This document shows, piece by piece, positions 59,954-64,000 of a stretch of 64,000 bases of DNA (positions are counted from its first letter, which is position 1; each line of letters starts with the position of its first letter). The position numbers and the translations under genes are program-made. The DNA comes from Candidatus Parcubacteria bacterium (lineage in GTDB: Bacteria; Patescibacteriota; Minisyncoccia; Phycocordibacterales; UBA5272), in contig JBDKJD010000003.1 of NCBI GenBank assembly GCA_039796775.1, positions 12,697 to 76,696 of the forward strand, read 5' to 3'. A model generated the notes under the pieces. That model searched no databases, had not been told where the DNA came from, and was given only the letters and a program-made list of their open reading frames with translations.

Positions 59954-61216
59954 CTATCTCTTCGTATCCTGAAGGACCCAATCATTTCTTTTCTTTGTAA
60001 ACGTATCGAATATCGCCTTTCCAATAAAAAATGGTACAAAGATCGGATACAGCAAGAAGAAGAAAGGAAAGTTCTTGTATAACTCTTGCTTATCGTCCGA
60101 TAGAACATTACCGATATACAGAACCACTAAAAACATCGTGAGCATTATCATCGCAATAAATGTCATCACTGCTGTATTAAAATAAAAGAAATCAAATTGT
60201 GGAAGTGACGGATTAACTCCAACAGTCATCCATTCTTCTAATCTAAGCACAATCATTTTTATTAAACCATACATCACAAAGAGTGCCGCATATAGCCCAT
60301 AAAACATAAAGAGAAAAGCCATAGGTAACGTAAACATTCCAAAATTACCATACTCTTTCTTGAAAAATAATTCTCGATAATCAAGAGCATTCTCCAAAAA
60401 TCCTCTCGCCCATCTAAGCCGCTGATGGAAGAAACCTTTAGCTGTTGACGGCCCCACTGTGTAGACAAGCGCCTTGTGAGAATTCATAATCTTAAGATGA
60501 TTCTTGTGCATGCGGAGAGTGATTTCAAAATCTTCTGTGTTGTGTGCTTTTTTGTAGCCACCTAATGTCTCGAAAACTTCTCGTTTAAAAATAGAAAATG
60601 GTCCGGGAGTAACCTGAATTGCATCTAGCTGTCCAAAAGCTTTCCTCAAAAAAACTCCCATTAAATATTCTACAGCCTGCATCCTTTGGATAAATGTCCT
60701 CGGGTTACGAATATGGATACAAGGAGTTATTGCCATCGCAGTTGGTGTAGCTTCGAAGTAACCAACAATAACACGTAGAGCATTCGGTGCTACGAATGAG
60801 TCAGCATCTAGGCAACCAAAAAGTTCACTCTTTGACATTGAAAGAGCGCGATTAACAGCGTTATGCTTGCCTTGTTTTTCTTCAATACACACGTCAATAT
60901 TCTCTGGATAAATAGTCTTAAATTCTGTCGCTACTTGATACGTCGCATCAGTGCTGTTGTTATCTACAACAATAATATGGAGCTTGTCTTTAGGGTAATC
61001 CAGCTCCATAAGTGAAGTGAGGGTTGCACCAAGTGTACCGGCCTCATTCCAACACGGAACAGCTATAGTGACATGCGGGTACTTTGTAATGACGAAGGCT
61101 TCTTCGTTTTTGATTTTCTTTTTATTTTCAAAAAGGGATACGAAAAGAAGTATCTGAAAATACATCGACAGAAATAGGAACGGGTACATGAGGGCATTTA
61201 AAACGCTTTCTATCAT
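59954..61216 (-). CDS. processive family-2 glycosyltransferase (cellulose/PNAG synthase-like) with flanking TM helices
   Basis: VTIAVPCWNE, VVDNNSTD, LDADSF, FHQRLRWARG (QxxRW). Confidence 0.75.
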   Translation of the reverse strand: MIESVLNALMYPFLFLSMYFQILLFVSLFENKKKIKNEEAFVITKYPHVTIAVPCWNEAGTLGATLTSLMELDYPKDKLHIIVVDNNSTDATYQVATEFKTIYPENIDVCIEEKQGKHNAVNRALSMSKSELFGCLDADSFVAPNALRVIVGYFEATPTAMAITPCIHIRNPRTFIQRMQAVEYLMGVFLRKAFGQLDAIQVTPGPFSIFKREVFETLGGYKKAHNTEDFEITLRMHKNHLKIMNSHKALVYTVGPSTAKGFFHQRLRWARGFLENALDYRELFFKKEYGNFGMFTLPMAFLFMFYGLYAALFVMYGLIKMIVLRLEEWMTVGVNPSLPQFDFFYFNTAVMTFIAMIMLTMFLVVLYIGNVLSDDKQELYKNFPFFFLLYPIFVPFFIGKAIFDTFTKKRNDWVLQDTKR

Positions 61217-61218
61217 GT

Positions 61219-61980
61219 TTATTTTTTCTTAGTGGTGGTAGCTGCCGTAGAGGAAGCATTCGATTCTACTTTAAATGACTCAGGGAGTAGCGCTTCTACT
61301 TCTTCAACTGTTTTAAAACCAGAGAAAACCTTATCATCAATAATTATTGTAGGAAGTGCAGCAGTCACCTTATATATGGCCTTAAGAGAGTCGACCACTG
61401 AAAGATCTAAATCATAATCAAAGGAGTACACGCGCAAATTAGGATAGAGTTCTTTAAGTCGAGTTAGGACATACCCCTGCTTCGCGCAGTCCTTACAGTC
61501 ACTTCTGTTAGTGTAAAAATAAATAACTGAGACTGTTTTTTTGGCTTGTCCACATTTTTCAGTTAACTTCTTTGACAGAAGATAATCTTTTACTTGTAAG
61601 AGGGAGTAATATTTTTTTAGATATTGTACGGTTGCATCATCGCCTCCTCTTTCGTTTTCTGTAAACGAAAGCTTCTCCCCTACGAGAGATAACTGCTCCG
61701 AAAGGACAGTATCATTAACGTGCGAGCATGGGATTTCTTTTAAAAGATCGAATTGTGTTTCGCTTGCGAGAATATCTATTGCTATTGTGTCTTGTATTTC
61801 TTTTACGTTTTCTGTACGTAGTGATGAAAAATAGGTTGAAGCAAAAAAGGCGGTTACAAAGATAGAACTTGTAATAAGGAGTGTGAGGAGATATTTTTTG
61901 ATATCAATCATGGAGGGGCAGATATTAGAGAGTAGACAATAGATTATAAGTGATACGTAATCTAAATAAATATGCTCCAC
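61219..61980 (-). CDS. membrane-anchored thioredoxin-fold protein (CKDC motif)
   Basis: VIYFYTNRSDCKDCAKQ CxxC in thioredoxin-like context. Confidence 0.4.
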   Translation of the reverse strand: MEHIYLDYVSLIIYCLLSNICPSMIDIKKYLLTLLITSSIFVTAFFASTYFSSLRTENVKEIQDTIAIDILASETQFDLLKEIPCSHVNDTVLSEQLSLVGEKLSFTENERGGDDATVQYLKKYYSLLQVKDYLLSKKLTEKCGQAKKTVSVIYFYTNRSDCKDCAKQGYVLTRLKELYPNLRVYSFDYDLDLSVVDSLKAIYKVTAALPTIIIDDKVFSGFKTVEEVEALLPESFKVESNASSTAATTTKKK

Positions 61981-61987
61981 ATATTTA

Positions 61988-62063
61988 TGGAGCCAGAACT
62001 CGGGCTCGAACCGAGGACCTACGGTTTACAAAACCGTTGCTCTACCAACTGAGCTATTCTGGC
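61988..62063 (-). tRNA. tRNA-Thr (UGU) with encoded CCA
   Basis: Revcomp gccagaatagctcagttggtagagcaacggttTTGTAaaccgtaggtcctcggttcgagcccgagttctggctcca. Confidence 0.85.
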
Positions 62064-62574
62064 TTTTAATATTGTTTATATGTTGCATAATACTCTCTAG
62101 AAGAGAGGCATCATAATAACGTAGGGAGATTGTACCAAATTCTAGCTTTTTTGTCGAATCACTTTTTCCTTTTTTGTGAATAGTTGTTTTATAGAAAGAA
62201 GATACAGGGATTGACAATTTTTTTACCAAAAAATCTTTTAATTTCTTATCTTTTTGACCTTCGTGAATATGAAGCAAACATTTAATTCTTTGTTCATCAA
62301 TTTTACAAATAACTCTTAAAAAAGTTACAAATAAGAGCATCATATCTGGATCACTATTAGTAAAAACGAGTGTAGTTCCTGATTTTGTACCCTCCCCCCA
62401 ATATAAAGCGAGACCGATATAGTAGAGCGGTAATAGTCTTTTTTGAACACTCGTTGGAAGCACGCTCGAAAAACTGTTATTGTCTCTATTATATTTTGTT
62501 TTAAGTGATTGAGATATACTCCGTGATGAAATATTACTTTTTTTGATTATATATCTAACACCAGTAACAGACAT
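62026..62574 (-). CDS. LAGLIDADG-like homing endonuclease (single-motif type), 3' end overlaps tRNA-Thr by 38 nt
   Basis: KTKYNRD...LLPLYYIGLALYWGEGTKSG resembles I-CreI NTKYNKEFLLYLAGFVDGDGS block; weak elsewhere. Confidence 0.35.
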   Translation of the reverse strand: MSVTGVRYIIKKSNISSRSISQSLKTKYNRDNNSFSSVLPTSVQKRLLPLYYIGLALYWGEGTKSGTTLVFTNSDPDMMLLFVTFLRVICKIDEQRIKCLLHIHEGQKDKKLKDFLVKKLSIPVSSFYKTTIHKKGKSDSTKKLEFGTISLRYYDASLLESIMQHINNIKSQNSSVGRATVL

Positions 62575-62938
62575 ATTGAGGTGAGTAGCAACTTCTTAAA
62601 AGATAGCCCTGAAATATATAATTCCTGTGCTTTTACATTGCGTATCTCCTTTTCAAGGTGACCGTCTTTATTTTTTATAAATTTCATATAATGAATAGGT
62701 TATTTTTTACACTGAAGTAAATAAAACAATTTTAGCATAGTAAAGATTAGTTAATCTTTAAAAGACTAAAATGTTGTGTTCGTAGGGAAGTCTGCGAGGG
62801 TTTAGATGAATCAAGGAGTGAAGGCTACGCCTTCACTCCTTGGAAGCTGTATTCTTAATGTTTGGCACTCCATATTCCATCTTTAACACTCTACGCTCTA
62901 TGTTCTAAGTCCTATACTCTACAATCTACGTTCTGTAT

Positions 62939-63463
62939 CTACGGCCTCCCCTCCTCTATTCCAGAAATATCTCCAAACCCGATCAGAATATCAAGCGTCG
63001 GCCGATACAGATAAATCAAACTGTCATACACTACTACCACATCTCCGTTTTGAGCGTCTTTAAAGAATGCTTGAGTTTGTTTAAGTTTGGACACATCTTG
63101 TACGACTGCTATTTGAGGATTCCCTTCTGGAACCTTCACGTGAGTCTTTAGTGCTGCTACAATTTCTTCGCCTGTTTGTGGAACTTTTTTGACTACCTTT
63201 TCTCCGTTAATACTAGTCACTGTACCTAATGATTCTTCTTGTTCTAATCTGTGTAGTTGATATTGAGAATAAATTCCAAAACAAAGAAAAATAAAAGCGA
63301 GAATACTAAGAGAGACAACAATACGTGTGATGCGTTTTTGTTTTTTCTTGCGACGTTCTATCTTATCCCTTAGAAGGGACGCCTCATCATAAGAAACATT
63401 CTCTTCATGAGTAATATCTTTATTCTTCTTTTCAAAAAAGGAAGTAATAGAGTTAAGTTTCAT
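62939..63463 (-). CDS. hypothetical membrane-anchored protein
   Basis: ORF, one TM. Confidence 0.35.
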   Translation of the reverse strand: MKLNSITSFFEKKNKDITHEENVSYDEASLLRDKIERRKKKQKRITRIVVSLSILAFIFLCFGIYSQYQLHRLEQEESLGTVTSINGEKVVKKVPQTGEEIVAALKTHVKVPEGNPQIAVVQDVSKLKQTQAFFKDAQNGDVVVVYDSLIYLYRPTLDILIGFGDISGIEEGRP

Positions 63464-63472
63464 ACGTTTATA

Positions 63473-64000
63473 TTAACGAAGTATATCACAACCAATTGTT
63501 TCGTTGGCTTTGATTCTGGTGGTTGTATACCAATTTCCAGTCGCAATAGAAATAGGAATAAACGTAGAAACATACACTCTGTTAGATCGCTGGAAGCGCC
63601 TAACCGCATCCCTGGTAAGAGGACCAAATACCCCACTTAATGGCAATCGTTCGCCTTGAACAATATTCAAAAACTGCTGAACCTTACGCACGTCCTCTCC
63701 TCTATCCCCAAAGCGGAGATTAGTTCTAAAAAATGGACAAGCGTTCACAACTATTTTCTCTCCACATGGTGCTGTGGTCTGTCTTTCTATGTGACGCTGA
63801 CTGAGTGTATACACCGTTCCTGTTGGTTCTTTTAGTCGCATTGGATCTAGGATGAGATTTTTATACTTCTTCTGCCATCGTTTAACTGCCTCTACATCTC
63901 TTGATTCATAGATACCATTAATTGGAAGCTTTTCATTTTCATATTCATTCAAGAATCGCTCCAATTTCTCGACATCGCTTTTGTTGTTACTGAGTGTGAT
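63473..64000 (-). CDS. peptidoglycan-binding domain protein, partial (N-terminus beyond window end)
   Basis: Two PG_binding_1-like repeats (DVRKVQQFLN...GVFGPLTRDAVRRFQ); frame remains open to 64000. Confidence 0.5.
   Translation of the reverse strand: MTLSNNKSDVEKLERFLNEYENEKLPINGIYESRDVEAVKRWQKKYKNLILDPMRLKEPTGTVYTLSQRHIERQTTAPCGEKIVVNACPFFRTNLRFGDRGEDVRKVQQFLNIVQGERLPLSGVFGPLTRDAVRRFQRSNRVYVSTFIPISIATGNWYTTTRIKANETIGCDILR

Overview
This is a gene-dense, AT-rich (about 35-38% GC) bacterial chromosome segment. Most genes are on the minus strand, proteins are small and several housekeeping enzymes are truncated (ThrRS, PheS, PheT, ValRS, MurJ). This pattern suggests a reduced genome such as a CPR/Patescibacteria-like organism, but the lineage is an inference from sequence alone.

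Backbone content includes secA, lepA, typA, gyrB, valS, thrS, pheST, murC, murD, murF and a murJ-like flippase. Also present are msrAB, tag, folB, htpX, lemA, an ABC transporter, a HicBA toxin-antitoxin pair, RNase P RNA and four tRNAs (Phe, Arg-CCU, Ser-GGA, Thr-UGU).

The most notable accessory content is a compact plus-strand island at about 530-5300. It begins with an S24/LexA-type repressor gene that is translationally coupled through a 79-aa charged ORF to a cGAS/DncV-like nucleotidyltransferase (CD-NTase) and a two-TM beta-rich Cap15-like effector. Together these form a minimal type I CBASS placed under a LexA-like gene. Downstream follow a Cys-rich 218-aa protein, a 53-aa acidic ORF and two membrane-protein cassettes that carry homologous 3' UTR-plus-terminator modules.

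Other items worth a second look:
- A homopolymeric G9 tract sits exactly in the -35/-10 spacer of a secreted peptidoglycan-binding protein gene, a candidate phase-variable promoter.
- A P-loop kinase gene is split by a G8 frameshift tract.
- A SET-domain methyltransferase lies next to a 37-aa Lys/Ala-rich histone-H1-like gene.
- The tRNA-Phe flank is littered with direct copies of the tRNA 3' end, a GC-rich insert and very long perfect hairpins.
- An inverted copy of the tRNA-Ser 3' end lies just downstream of tRNA-Ser.
- A GC-elevated small-peptide locus has a perfect sigma70 consensus promoter.
- A mazF-like gene remnant sits between pheS and pheT.
- A 7-bp tandem repeat lies in the pheS upstream region.
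- A LAGLIDADG-like ORF overlaps tRNA-Thr.
- Two DUF2256 zinc-ribbon genes are present; one is coupled to a photolyase-related gene.

No rRNA genes or CRISPR arrays were seen.
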